Part shown: positions 36,065 through 45,447 of the stretch, one piece after another | Numbering within the stretch: the stretch's first letter is position 1 | How the letters are laid out: the number at the start of each line of letters is the position of its first letter | DNA from: Acidobacteriota bacterium | GTDB lineage: Bacteria > Acidobacteriota > Vicinamibacteria > Vicinamibacterales > UBA2999 | NCBI GenBank assembly: GCA_021730945.1 | Contig: JAKFYH010000005.1 | Span: 73,014 to 137,013, forward strand | Reading direction: 5' to 3' | Length of the DNA: 64,000 nt | The notes under the pieces: generated by a model | Told to the model about the DNA's origin: nothing | Seen by the model: the letters and a program-made list of their open reading frames with translations, nothing else | Database searches by the model: none | Position numbers and translations under genes: made by a program

Positions 36065-37669
36065 ATGACGCCTAACCCTCAACCCGGCCTTCGACTTGTC
36101 CTCATGGTCACGCTTCTGCTTGCCAGCTATGCTCCGGCCGGCGCCCAGGCGCTCGACCTCGACCGTGCGACCGTCGCGGACTTGAACTCCGCGTTCGACC
36201 GGGGCACGCTGACCGCGGAGAAGCTGGTCCAGTTGAGCCTGGCGCGCATCGACGCCTACGACCGGCAGGGCCCGGCGCTGCGCGCGATCATCACCCTCAA
36301 TCCGAAGGCGCTTGAGACCGCGCGGGCGCTCGATGCCGAGCGCAAGGCGAAGGGCAGGCGCTCGCCTCTGCACGGCATTCCGGTGGTCCTCAAGGACAAC
36401 TTCGATACCTTCGACCTGCCGACCACCGGCGGCTCGGTGCTGCTCGAAGGGTCCATTCCGCCGGACGATGCGTTTGTGGTGAAGAAACTGCGCGACGCCG
36501 GCGCGATCATCCTGGCCAAGGTGAATATGTCGGAGTTTGCCTCGGGCGGTGCTCGCAGTTCGATCATCGGGCCGTCGCGCAATCCGCACGCGCTCGACCG
36601 CAGCCCGTCAGGCTCGTCGGGCGGCACCGGGGTCGCCATTGCCGCCGGCTACGCCACCATCGGCCTTGGCACCGACACCGGCGGCTCCATTCGCGGTCCC
36701 GCCTCGTCGAACGGCATCGCCGCTCTCAAGCCGACTCTGGGACTACTGAGCCGCGACGGAATCATTCCACTGGCCCTCAGCTTCGACACCGGCGGTCCGA
36801 TGGCTCGCAGCGTCTACGACGTGGCGGTGGCGCTCGGCGTGATGGCCGGCGTCGATCCGGCCGATGCGGCAACGGCGCAGAGCGAGCGCCGATTCGAAAA
36901 TGACTACACCAGGTTTCTGAAGCCCGACGCGCTCAAAGGCGCCCGCCTGGGCATTGCGCGCGACTTCATGGGCGCCGATGGCGACGTCGACTGGCAGGTC
37001 GAGGCGGCGATCGCAGCCATGCGCAAGGCCGGCGCCACCGTGGTCGACGTGCGGTTTCCCAAGTGGATGCTCGACGCCAAGGGCGAGTTCTACACGGCGA
37101 TCCGCTACCCGGAGTTCCCGGTCCAGATTGAGGCGTACCTCAAGACACTTGGCGCCGGCTACCCGAAGAACCTGCAGCAGATCATCGATCGGGCGCAGTC
37201 GGTGACCTCACCGCGGCCTGACGGCGCGGGCCCGAACCCGACGCGCTGGTCGATGTTCGCGCGCGAACTGGCGAGCGGGTCGATGGACGAGGTCCGTTAT
37301 ACGGCGGTGCGCGACCATGGCCTGCCGCTGATTCGGCAGATGGTTGATGGCGCTCTTGCCGCGCAGTCGCTTGATGCGATCATCTACCCGACGGCATCGC
37401 GCCGCCCAGACCTGGTGGCCGCTCCTCCCGAAACGCCGGGCGGTGCCGCCGCGTCGGCCACCAACATTGCCAACCTCACCGGCTATCCCGACCTGATCGT
37501 GCCGGCCGGCTTCAGCGCCGATGGACTGCCGATCGGCTTGTCGTTCCTGGGACCGGCCTTCAGCGAAGGGAAGTTGCTCGGCCTGGGCTACAGCTTCGAG
37601 CAGTTGACGCACGCCCGCCGGCGCCCCGTTCACACGCCGGGCTTGCCGGGCGAGGTCTTGGGCAAGTAG
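36065..37669 (+). CDS. Secreted amidase-signature (AS) family amidase
   Basis: Signal-like MTPNPQPGLRLVLMVTLLLASYAPAGAQA. AS motifs PLHGIPVVLKDN and GSSGGTGVAIAAG. ATG 36065 is preferred over the track start 36020. Confidence 0.85.
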   Translation: MTPNPQPGLRLVLMVTLLLASYAPAGAQALDLDRATVADLNSAFDRGTLTAEKLVQLSLARIDAYDRQGPALRAIITLNPKALETARALDAERKAKGRRSPLHGIPVVLKDNFDTFDLPTTGGSVLLEGSIPPDDAFVVKKLRDAGAIILAKVNMSEFASGGARSSIIGPSRNPHALDRSPSGSSGGTGVAIAAGYATIGLGTDTGGSIRGPASSNGIAALKPTLGLLSRDGIIPLALSFDTGGPMARSVYDVAVALGVMAGVDPADAATAQSERRFENDYTRFLKPDALKGARLGIARDFMGADGDVDWQVEAAIAAMRKAGATVVDVRFPKWMLDAKGEFYTAIRYPEFPVQIEAYLKTLGAGYPKNLQQIIDRAQSVTSPRPDGAGPNPTRWSMFARELASGSMDEVRYTAVRDHGLPLIRQMVDGALAAQSLDAIIYPTASRRPDLVAAPPETPGGAAASATNIANLTGYPDLIVPAGFSADGLPIGLSFLGPAFSEGKLLGLGYSFEQLTHARRRPVHTPGLPGEVLGK

Positions 37670-40209
37670 GGCCGCACCAGGACGGCCGCCACCGCGTGCA
37701 GGCGGCGCGTGGGATCGAGCTGCTCGCCAAGCCGCCGCACCAGGCCGTGCCAGTTGCTCTCTTCCACCGCCTTGTCGTTGAAGGCGCGGGCGCGGATGGG
37801 GCGTTGGGAGACGGCCTTCGCCCAATCCATCCTGAGCTTGCCCGACGCGTCGATCGCCACCACCTCAAAGGCCGGGCCGTCCTTGTAGATGGCGACCAGG
37901 CCGGCGTTGGTCTCGTCGCCGATCGCCATTTCAAAGCGCACCGCGCGGCCGAGCGCCCCTTCTTCGTAGTGCGCGAAGATGCCCTCGACGAGGGGATGGC
38001 CCGAGGCGAAGAAATCAATCGACTCATTCTCGACCGCCTCTTCGCGATCGAAGGTGCCGACAAACGACGAGCCGGCTGGCACTCCGGGCAAGCTGTCCAC
38101 CAATGCCTGGTTCGCCAGTTCGACCGAGAACACCCGATGCCCCTTGGGGTGCGCGATGGTGAAGCCCAGGCCGATGGCCGCCGTGATCACGACTTCCTGG
38201 TTGAGTTCGTCGAGTTGCTTAGGCACCCGGTTGAGAATGCCCGGTCCCATGCTGGCGCGATACGGGTCGCGATGCAGCTGCTGATACGCCGCTTCGCGAA
38301 TACGGGTGCGGGCCGCCTGCGACTCGGTGACGAGGGCAGCAAACCGCTCGTCCGAGAGCGTCGCCAACGGGTCCAGGGCGATCTCCTCCAGTGCGCCCTC
38401 GATGTGGGCCAACTGGGGCTCGAGTCCGGCCAGCGGCTCCTGGAACAGCCCGAGCGCCTCGAACAGACGCACCACATCGCGGCCAATCCCCGAGGGGGGC
38501 CGGAAGTAGATCACGTCGACAGGGATCCGCCGGCCAATGCGGTCGAGCCGGCCAATCCGCTGTTCCACAACCGACGGCTTCCACGGCAGATCGAACAAGA
38601 CCAGCCGCTTGCAGAACTCGAAGTTGCGACCCTCGCCGCCACACTCGGTCGACACGAGTACGCTCGGGCCGTCGGCTTCCCGGAATCGCGCGACTTCGGT
38701 ATCCCGGCGGGCGGGTGTCAGTTCCTCGTGAAAGACGCCGGTGGCCACATGCGCACGACTGCCGAGTGCGGTGCGCACCATCTCGAGCGTCTCGCGATGC
38801 GCAACGAAGATCAGCGTCTTCTCGCCGGCCTGCCGCCACAGCGGCGCGTGTTCGGCCAGCCAGAGCACGCGGGCGTCGATCGCATCCATGGCCTCGGCTT
38901 GGGGGCGAATCGGATCGTCAGTGCCGCTCACGGCGGCGAGTGCCGCCCCCGACGCCAAAGCGCGACGGACGCGATCCACCTTGTCACGTTCGGCCACGGC
39001 GTTGGCCGCCGGGGTGCCACGGACGGCTCGTTCGACGGCGTCACGCCGCTTGGCGCTCCTGGGATCGCCCAGGTCAATCGGAATGCCGACGCGGGGCGGC
39101 AGGCCGCCAATGTCCGCCCGCCGGGTCGAGCTCGTGCACGCCGGCAGGGGAGTGCCATCGGCCAGACGCTGTTCGAAGCTCATGCCCTCCGGAAACTCCT
39201 GCGGCCGCAAGAGCTGCAACAGCCGGAAGAATCCGTGCGCATCGTCTTCGAGCGGCGTCGCACTCAACAACAACACATGCCGGCCCAGAGCGGCGATTGG
39301 CGCAATGGCCCGCCAGCCGGGTTCGCCCGGATGGCCCGGCGGCCGCCGCAGGTGCTGCGCTTCATCCACGACGAGCAGGTCGATGCCGGCCTTCACGGCC
39401 AGGCCGGTGAGGTGCGGCCGCGCGATCAGCATCTCCAGCGAGATCACGGTGCGGCGGTGGAGTTCGAAGGGATTGAAGTCGTCGCCGAAGTCCCTGGCGA
39501 CATCACCCAGGCGTTCTGAGTCGAGCAGGGTAAACACCTGGTGGTATTTCCGCCACAGCTCGCCCAGCCACTGCACGGTCAGGGTGTCGGGCGCCACCAC
39601 CATGCAGCGGGTGACTTTGCCGGCGTGCACCAGCCGATTCAGGATCAGCGACGCTTCAATGGTCTTGCCGAGGCCGACCTCGTCTGCCAGCAGCCACCGC
39701 ACGGGATCGCTCGCGCTGGCCCGTTCGGCGACGTGCAGCTGATGCGGAAACAATCGCACGCGTCCGCCGAGGAACGGTCCCAGGCCGCCGGCCTCGCGCA
39801 GGCCCAGCAAGTGCAGGATGTTCATCCGCGTCACGAAGTCCTCGACATCGTCGAGATCGCCGTTGGCGAGTCGTTCGAGCAGGGCTCCTTCCAGCTCCAC
39901 CGGCCACAAGGCGTGAGCGGTGGCCGCGCGTCCGTTGGCGAGCGTCAGCGTGCCGTCGGGCTGTCGCGAGACAATCGTCGTCTCTTCGCCGGTCGCGGTC
40001 ACGCGCACCGGACGGCCGGGACTGAGGTCCACTGCTACCAGGGCGTCAGTGTTCGCGGCCAGCTTCAGTGACGTGCCCGATCGCGGAAAGTCCACCACGA
40101 GGGTGCGGCGTTCCAGGGCCGAGACTCGCCCGATGCCAAGTTCAGGGTTGAAGCGATGGGTGAGGTAGTCACCGATGGCCCAGGTGGGGCGTGGAATGTG
40201 GGTAGCCAG
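37630..40209 (-). CDS. RapA/HepA-like SNF2-family ATPase (start codon unresolved)
   Basis: N-terminal WAIGDYLTHRFNPELGIGRVSALERRTLVVDFPRSG resembles the RapA N-terminal domain. SNF2 motifs LFPHQLHVA...LLADEVGLGKTIEA...VVDEAQHL, and helicase-C motifs RIGRLDRIGR. Coordinate 40209 is a CTG. The nearest in-frame ATG/GTG/TTG is more than 360 nt upstream, antisense to another gene (see findings). Confidence 0.8.
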   Translation of the reverse strand: MATHIPRPTWAIGDYLTHRFNPELGIGRVSALERRTLVVDFPRSGTSLKLAANTDALVAVDLSPGRPVRVTATGEETTIVSRQPDGTLTLANGRAATAHALWPVELEGALLERLANGDLDDVEDFVTRMNILHLLGLREAGGLGPFLGGRVRLFPHQLHVAERASASDPVRWLLADEVGLGKTIEASLILNRLVHAGKVTRCMVVAPDTLTVQWLGELWRKYHQVFTLLDSERLGDVARDFGDDFNPFELHRRTVISLEMLIARPHLTGLAVKAGIDLLVVDEAQHLRRPPGHPGEPGWRAIAPIAALGRHVLLLSATPLEDDAHGFFRLLQLLRPQEFPEGMSFEQRLADGTPLPACTSSTRRADIGGLPPRVGIPIDLGDPRSAKRRDAVERAVRGTPAANAVAERDKVDRVRRALASGAALAAVSGTDDPIRPQAEAMDAIDARVLWLAEHAPLWRQAGEKTLIFVAHRETLEMVRTALGSRAHVATGVFHEELTPARRDTEVARFREADGPSVLVSTECGGEGRNFEFCKRLVLFDLPWKPSVVEQRIGRLDRIGRRIPVDVIYFRPPSGIGRDVVRLFEALGLFQEPLAGLEPQLAHIEGALEEIALDPLATLSDERFAALVTESQAARTRIREAAYQQLHRDPYRASMGPGILNRVPKQLDELNQEVVITAAIGLGFTIAHPKGHRVFSVELANQALVDSLPGVPAGSSFVGTFDREEAVENESIDFFASGHPLVEGIFAHYEEGALGRAVRFEMAIGDETNAGLVAIYKDGPAFEVVAIDASGKLRMDWAKAVSQRPIRARAFNDKAVEESNWHGLVRRLGEQLDPTRRLHAVAAVLVRPYLPKTSPGKPGV

Positions 40210-40232
40210 AGCTACGACGTTACCCCAGAATT

Positions 40233-40272
40233 GGGTGCTCGGGTGCTCGGGTGCTCGGGTGCTCAGGTGCTG
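40233..40272. repeat. 8-nt tandem array (GGGTGCTC x4 plus AGGTGCTG)
   Basis: Read directly from the sequence. Lies in the divergent intergenic region between the RapA-like gene and the 40345 ORF. The 8-nt unit is not a multiple of three. Confidence 0.85.
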
Positions 40273-40344
40273 AGGCCCGCCGGCCGCGGGCCGCTGCGGC
40301 GAGGTCTCGCCGTAGCTCGCCCGATCGTGCGCGAGCGCAGGCGG

Positions 40345-41208
40345 ATGCTGAGGTGCTGCTACGATGTGGGCATCGTGGATGAGGCGATCGACCGACTGTA
40401 CCAGCTTCCGCTTGACCAGTTCACGCCCGCTCGCAATGCGCTTGCCAGGACCGCGGGTCCGCGCTCGGCGGAGATCAAGTCCCTCGAAAAACCGAACGTG
40501 GCGGCCTGGGCGGTGAACCAGTTGTTCTGGTGTGAGCGGGCGGTCTACGACGAAGTCGTGGACGCCTCTCAACAACTGCGGGCGGCCTATCGCGATCAAC
40601 TGGCCGGGCAATCCGCCGATGTGCGCGGCGCCGAGGCCGCCCACAAGGCGGCGGTGAAGAAGGCGACCCAGGCGGCGCGCGCCCTGGTCGAGGCCGATGG
40701 CGGCAAGGCATCCGACGCGGTGATGGAGGCGGTGCGCGAGACGCTCGACATTCTGCCGGGCGGGGAGCAGCCGGGACGATTGACCAGGCCGCTCAAGCGC
40801 ACCGGCTTCGAGGCGCTCGAAGGCTTCACGTTCGCCGCCAGGCCACGGCCGGTGCCAACCAGGCTTGAGCCGAAGGCGGGGCCGTCGAGGCCGCGTCCAA
40901 CCGAGGCCGAGAAGCAGGCGGCCGCGGCCGCCGAACGCGAGCGCGACATGACGCGCGAGCGGCTGCGGTTTGCCGAGGCCGGCGCCCGCGAGGCAGAGGC
41001 CGCACTCGATCGCGCCCGGCGGGCCGCCGAGCGCGCCGAGCGAACGCGTGCGCGCATCGCCCGCGAGCTGGCGGAGGCGTCGAAAGTTGAAGCGGAGTTG
41101 TCGGGCGAACAGGCGAGGGCGCAGGCCGCTTACGACCAGGCGATCGCAGAGCGCGATCGCCTGGCCGGCATGGTCAGCTCGGCTTCTTCTCCGCGATCGC
41201 CTGCTTGA
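40345..41208 (+). CDS. Hypothetical protein with Ala/Arg/Glu-rich coiled-coil C-terminus
   Basis: DEAIDRLYQLPLDQFTPARNALARTAG... looks like a conserved N-terminus of uncharacterised proteins. The start is uncertain (ATG 40345, GTG 40366 or 40375). The track start 40156 would translate through the 8-mer array. Confidence 0.55.
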   Translation: MLRCCYDVGIVDEAIDRLYQLPLDQFTPARNALARTAGPRSAEIKSLEKPNVAAWAVNQLFWCERAVYDEVVDASQQLRAAYRDQLAGQSADVRGAEAAHKAAVKKATQAARALVEADGGKASDAVMEAVRETLDILPGGEQPGRLTRPLKRTGFEALEGFTFAARPRPVPTRLEPKAGPSRPRPTEAEKQAAAAAERERDMTRERLRFAEAGAREAEAALDRARRAAERAERTRARIARELAEASKVEAELSGEQARAQAAYDQAIAERDRLAGMVSSASSPRSPA

Positions 41209-42082
41209 TCAGGTCGACCGTGCGGGTGGCGCGGGCATCCACGATGGCGCGGGCCCACTCGCGCGAGCGGTTGAGGTTCGAGATGTCCACGCCGTTGATG
41301 GTGGCCTTCTTCGCCTTCACGCGCGCCTCCCAGCGCACCGAGTTGGGGTCGCTCAGCATCATGTTGAGCGTGATGCCCGGGCTGTCGTGCAGCCCATCAT
41401 CGGGCATCCCGTCCTTGACGACGCCGAGCTGGCGCAGCACGTTGGGCGTGCCGGGCGGCGCCGTGTAGTAGCCGGGAATGGTCGCCACGAAGGCGCTGCC
41501 GGCAAACTGGGCGGTCAGCTTGTCAGCTACGGCCTTCTGGCCGTTCTGGTTACCGCCGCTGTCGCCAATCATGATGATGTTCTTGAAGCCGTGCATCTTG
41601 AGGCTGTGCGCGATGTCGGTGAGCAGCGCCTGGAAGGTCTCTTCGCGCAGGCTAATGGTGCCGGGGCTGCGCATGTGGCCGCTGGGCGGATCAATGCGGC
41701 CTTCGGGCACGTACTCGATAATCGGCGCGCACAAGGCGTTGCCGAGCTTGCGGGCGATGGCCTCGCAGTTGGTGCGCAGCACGTAGTTGTGCTTGCCGGT
41801 GACCAGCCAGGGTCCGTTGGGTTCCATGCCGCCGGTGGCGATGATGGCAGTGGTGTTGCCGGCCTTGAGCGAGTCGCGGACGTCCATCCACGTCATCTCT
41901 TCGATCCACACCGTGTTGGGCATCGGCAGCGGGTTGGGCGCGTCGGCGCAGTTGTAGGCGTTGTCGCGACAGTCGCCACCGCCCATCGATCGGGGATCGG
42001 GCGCTCGCTGGGGAGCCTGGCCCGACAGTAGGGCGGTCAACAAGGCAAGGGTGGCTGCGGCCGTCAGGGTGGTCCTTAACAT
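41174..42082 (-). CDS. Secreted creatininase-family amidohydrolase
   Basis: Signal peptide MLRTTLTAAATLALLTALLSGQA. TTAIIATGGMEPNGPWL...ISLREETFQALLTDIAHSLKMHGFKNIIMIGDSGGNQ. Confidence 0.75.
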   Translation of the reverse strand: MLRTTLTAAATLALLTALLSGQAPQRAPDPRSMGGGDCRDNAYNCADAPNPLPMPNTVWIEEMTWMDVRDSLKAGNTTAIIATGGMEPNGPWLVTGKHNYVLRTNCEAIARKLGNALCAPIIEYVPEGRIDPPSGHMRSPGTISLREETFQALLTDIAHSLKMHGFKNIIMIGDSGGNQNGQKAVADKLTAQFAGSAFVATIPGYYTAPPGTPNVLRQLGVVKDGMPDDGLHDSPGITLNMMLSDPNSVRWEARVKAKKATINGVDISNLNRSREWARAIVDARATRTVDLIKQAIAEKKPS

Positions 42083-42209
42083 GATGGGTCTCCGGTGGCA
42101 ATTGTAAGAGATGTGGGAAGACGCTGGTTAGGTCCGTCTCTGTTCAATGACGTCGGGTCTCACAACGAGCCCGGCCCTCGGCCACATCAAGATGAGCGGA
42201 GGTACCCCC

Positions 42210-43331
42210 ATGCTCGTGCGTTCAACTCGCCTGTTCATCCCCGTTATTGCGGCTTTCGGGCTGGTGACTACGCTGGCCCCGCGACCGGCGCGCGCCCAGG
42301 CGCCGGAGCGGATCGTCACCGTGCGCTGTGACAACGGCGCCAGCCTGCAGCGCCGGATCGACAACTTCGCCGACGAAGCAGCGGCCGGCAGGCGTCGCTT
42401 CGTATTCGAGATTCACGGCTTCTGCGCCGAGCGGGTTGAGATTCGCTATCCCTTGACGCTTCGGGGACTCGATCCGTCGTCGTCAGGTATCACCGGCCCC
42501 GCCGACCTTGAAGGTCAGGTCGGCCTGGTCCAGGTGCTCGGCGTGTTAGGAGCGCCGGCGGCGCCTCCCAGAACGGTGCAGATCGACAACCTGACCATTA
42601 AGGACAGCCCCCAGACTGGTTTATTGATCGTCAATTCAGAAGTCGGTCTCGACGACGTGGTGATTCGTAATAACTTCCAGGATGGCCTGTCGGTTACGAG
42701 CGCCGGGTTCGTGATCGCGAATCGTGCAACCATCAGCGACAACCGCCTGAACGGTATCAACTCGCGGGTCAGTTCTCGGGTGTTCTGCTCGGACTGCGTG
42801 ATGGATGGCAACGGCGTGACGACCGGCGCTGCCGCCGTGACGACCTCGGTGGGCGGCCTGGCGAGCCTCTCCAACCCGGCCATCAGCGGGGTCAACGGTC
42901 TCAGAACCAACGGTGGAGAAATCATCCAGAACGGCGGCACCGTCGCCGCGACCGGCAAGAGTGCGTTTATCACCCGTGGCCATCTCACCTACCAGAATAA
43001 CGCGCAAGTCTCCGGCGACGTCTGGTGCGAGATCGGCGCGACGGTCACTATGTCTGGCGCCAACAACAGCACTGCGTTCACCCAGACCGCTACCTCGCCG
43101 ACGGGCTACAACAGTTTCGCCACGTCGTGCACCGTCTCGGTGCTACTGGTGAATGCCACCTTCGTGGGCACCACCCAGATCACGCACCGTGCGCACCTTG
43201 GGGTCGTGCCGACCGGGTCGGCGACCCTTGACACCCTGAACTGCTACACCGGGGGCACGGCGGCGGCCGGCAATACCGCCCCATTCGTCGTGGGCGGCAT
43301 TGCCGGCGTGCCGGTGGCGTGCAACCCGTGA
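42210..43331 (+). CDS. Secreted right-handed beta-helix repeat protein
   Basis: ATG 42210 is preceded by GGAGG with a 7-8 nt spacer. Signal peptide MLVRSTRLFIPVIAAFGLVTTLAPRPARA. Repeated IxNNxxxGxxV-type turns (IKDSPQTGLLIVNS, IRNNFQDGLSVTS, ISDNRLNGINS). Confidence 0.7.
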   Translation: MLVRSTRLFIPVIAAFGLVTTLAPRPARAQAPERIVTVRCDNGASLQRRIDNFADEAAAGRRRFVFEIHGFCAERVEIRYPLTLRGLDPSSSGITGPADLEGQVGLVQVLGVLGAPAAPPRTVQIDNLTIKDSPQTGLLIVNSEVGLDDVVIRNNFQDGLSVTSAGFVIANRATISDNRLNGINSRVSSRVFCSDCVMDGNGVTTGAAAVTTSVGGLASLSNPAISGVNGLRTNGGEIIQNGGTVAATGKSAFITRGHLTYQNNAQVSGDVWCEIGATVTMSGANNSTAFTQTATSPTGYNSFATSCTVSVLLVNATFVGTTQITHRAHLGVVPTGSATLDTLNCYTGGTAAAGNTAPFVVGGIAGVPVACNP

Positions 43332-45314
43332 CTACCGGCGAACGCCGGAGTACTCCAGCATCTGCGTAGTCAGGTCCATTGGATAGGAGATGGTGACGTC
43401 GGTGATCTGGCCGTTGGTCATCACCGGCGTCAACTTCGGCATCACGAACCCGGTGTAGGACGGCAGGTTCAGCTTGTCTACGCGCGCGACCACCTGGTCG
43501 CGCAGCTTCGGGTCGAAGTGCACGCCGTAGGTCGAGAACAGCTTCTTGGCGGCGGCGTAGTCGCCTTCGGACTTGATGCGCTGGACCTCGGCGAGCAGCG
43601 TGCCGACGCCGGCCCGGAACGCCTGCGGATCGATCATCACCAGGTAGGTCTTGCCCTCGCGCGTGCGCTCCTCGATGGCCTTGGTGTTGGCCATCAGCCA
43701 CCGGACAATCATCTGCCGGTTGCGCATGTGGTCTTCCTCTATCTGGCTGCCCTCGCGCATGCGGCGCAGTTGCACCAGTGCGTTGCGGGTGTAGGCCTCG
43801 TACTCGGCGCGGATCATGCCGTCGTGGTCGGCCGCGGGAATGATGCCCAGCTCCACCAGCTTGGGGTCGGCGATGAAGTAGAGGCCGACCAGGTCGGCGC
43901 GGCCTTCTTCGAGCGCCGAGAACTCTTCCTTGATGAGCGCCTGCGGATTGCCCTTGCCCGGCGCCTGCTGGCCCGAAGCGTGTCCGATTACCTCGTGCAT
44001 GTCGGTGGTCAGCTCGCCGGCCAGCGTCCCGTATTTGTTGGCCCGCTCGGTTTCCTCGGGCGACCAGGTGAACTCGCCGCGCATGGAGCCCGGCGTGGAG
44101 CGGTCGTAGGCTTCGTTCACGTTTGACAGCGCCACCGATTTGCTGCCGAACTTCTCGCGGATGGCCTGGTCGTTGGGCAGGTTGATGCCGATCGGCGTGA
44201 CCGGCCCGGAGTCGCCGGTCTCGACCACCACGTCAATGGCGTTGGCGACAATGCCCTGCACGCTGGCCTTGCGGTACTTGGCGTCCCACGGCATGCGGTC
44301 CTCGAACCACTGCGCGTTGGTGGCGATGGTCTTGATGCGCTGGGTCTTTTCCTGGTTGACGTAAAAGACCAGGCCTTCCCAGCCGCCCTTCACGCCGCGC
44401 GGATCGAGATAGACCTCGATGAAGCCGTTGATGGTGTCGACCGGCGACTCTTTGTCCTGGACCCAGGCAATGTCGTAGGCCTCGCGATCCCTGACTTCTC
44501 CGGTCCGGTAGAACGTGACGAGCGCCGCCAGCGCCTTGGCCATGGGCGGCTCAGCAAATGCCTGCGCGGCTTCCAGGTGCGTCACAATCTCGCTGATGTA
44601 TTTTCCGTAGCGGCCATCAATGCGATAGACCTCCTCAAGCAACTTGCCGTTCTGCTTGACCAGGCGCGAGTTCAGGCCGTACTTCTCCTCGAATCCCTTG
44701 AGGTCGGCGACCGTGACGCCCGAGTACAGGTTGTTGGCGCTCGACTGCAGGATGTCCTTGCCCGGGCCGGGTGTCTTGTTGGTGACGATGGGATCCACGG
44801 CGGGGTCGAAGAACATCGGCTGCAGCCGGGCGACGGCGGCGGCGTCGGCGCCCGCGGTCTTCGCGGCGGCGGCGAACGCGTCGGGCGTGCACGCCAGGAC
44901 AAACTTGCGCGCCGTCAGGTTGTTGTAGGGGCCGTTGTTGAGCCAGAACAGCTTGGTGTAGCGCTGGACCTCGGCGAGCGTAGGGCCGTCCACGCCTTGC
45001 GGGTTGGCGATGATGCGCTCGAGGATGCCGCGCATTTCGAGGGCATCCTTGTGCTTCTGGTCAATGAAGATGTCGCGGCCGGCAGTGGCGGCCTGGTAGA
45101 GGTGCCAAATCAGGGTCTTCTGTTTCAACGGCAGCGACGAGAATCCATCCGCGTAGAGCTGCACGACGGAGGCATCGTCCACGCGCTCGAGCAGATACTT
45201 GCGATCGGCCTGAGCCGGGGTTGCGGCCGGCTGAGCTTCGGTGGCAGGGGCCGGGCTGGAACAGGCCGGAACCAGGGTGGCGAGGACGAGGATCAGGGCA
45301 TGACGCAGTCTCAT
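43332..45314 (-). CDS. Lipoprotein, dipeptidyl-peptidase III (M49) family metallopeptidase
   Basis: Lipobox LATLVPAC. HEVIGH (HExxGH) and EEGRADLVG (EExxAxxxG) zinc motifs are characteristic of M49. Confidence 0.85.
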   Translation of the reverse strand: MRLRHALILVLATLVPACSSPAPATEAQPAATPAQADRKYLLERVDDASVVQLYADGFSSLPLKQKTLIWHLYQAATAGRDIFIDQKHKDALEMRGILERIIANPQGVDGPTLAEVQRYTKLFWLNNGPYNNLTARKFVLACTPDAFAAAAKTAGADAAAVARLQPMFFDPAVDPIVTNKTPGPGKDILQSSANNLYSGVTVADLKGFEEKYGLNSRLVKQNGKLLEEVYRIDGRYGKYISEIVTHLEAAQAFAEPPMAKALAALVTFYRTGEVRDREAYDIAWVQDKESPVDTINGFIEVYLDPRGVKGGWEGLVFYVNQEKTQRIKTIATNAQWFEDRMPWDAKYRKASVQGIVANAIDVVVETGDSGPVTPIGINLPNDQAIREKFGSKSVALSNVNEAYDRSTPGSMRGEFTWSPEETERANKYGTLAGELTTDMHEVIGHASGQQAPGKGNPQALIKEEFSALEEGRADLVGLYFIADPKLVELGIIPAADHDGMIRAEYEAYTRNALVQLRRMREGSQIEEDHMRNRQMIVRWLMANTKAIEERTREGKTYLVMIDPQAFRAGVGTLLAEVQRIKSEGDYAAAKKLFSTYGVHFDPKLRDQVVARVDKLNLPSYTGFVMPKLTPVMTNGQITDVTISYPMDLTTQMLEYSGVRR

Positions 45315-45447
45315 GCCGCTAGGGTAGCGCAGCTATGCGCCGGGTCGCTAGGAGCCATCGGAACCGGGTATAGTGGAGCCTCGGCCACGGTGGCCGCGCT
45401 CGAGCGGCCCGGCGTAACGGCCCAGCACATCAGTGAGAGGACACACC

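Noticed and set aside
37696-39519. 607-aa ORF on the plus strand
   Set aside because: It is antisense to the RapA-like SNF2 gene, which carries the DEAQ box and helicase-C motifs, and it has no motifs of its own.
40156-40344. N-terminal part of the 350-aa track ORF (and the matching upstream part of the 1004-aa minus-strand ORF)
   Set aside because: Both read through the 8-nt tandem array, whose period is not a multiple of 3. Conserved-looking protein sequence only begins after about 40345 (plus strand) or below about 40200 (minus strand).
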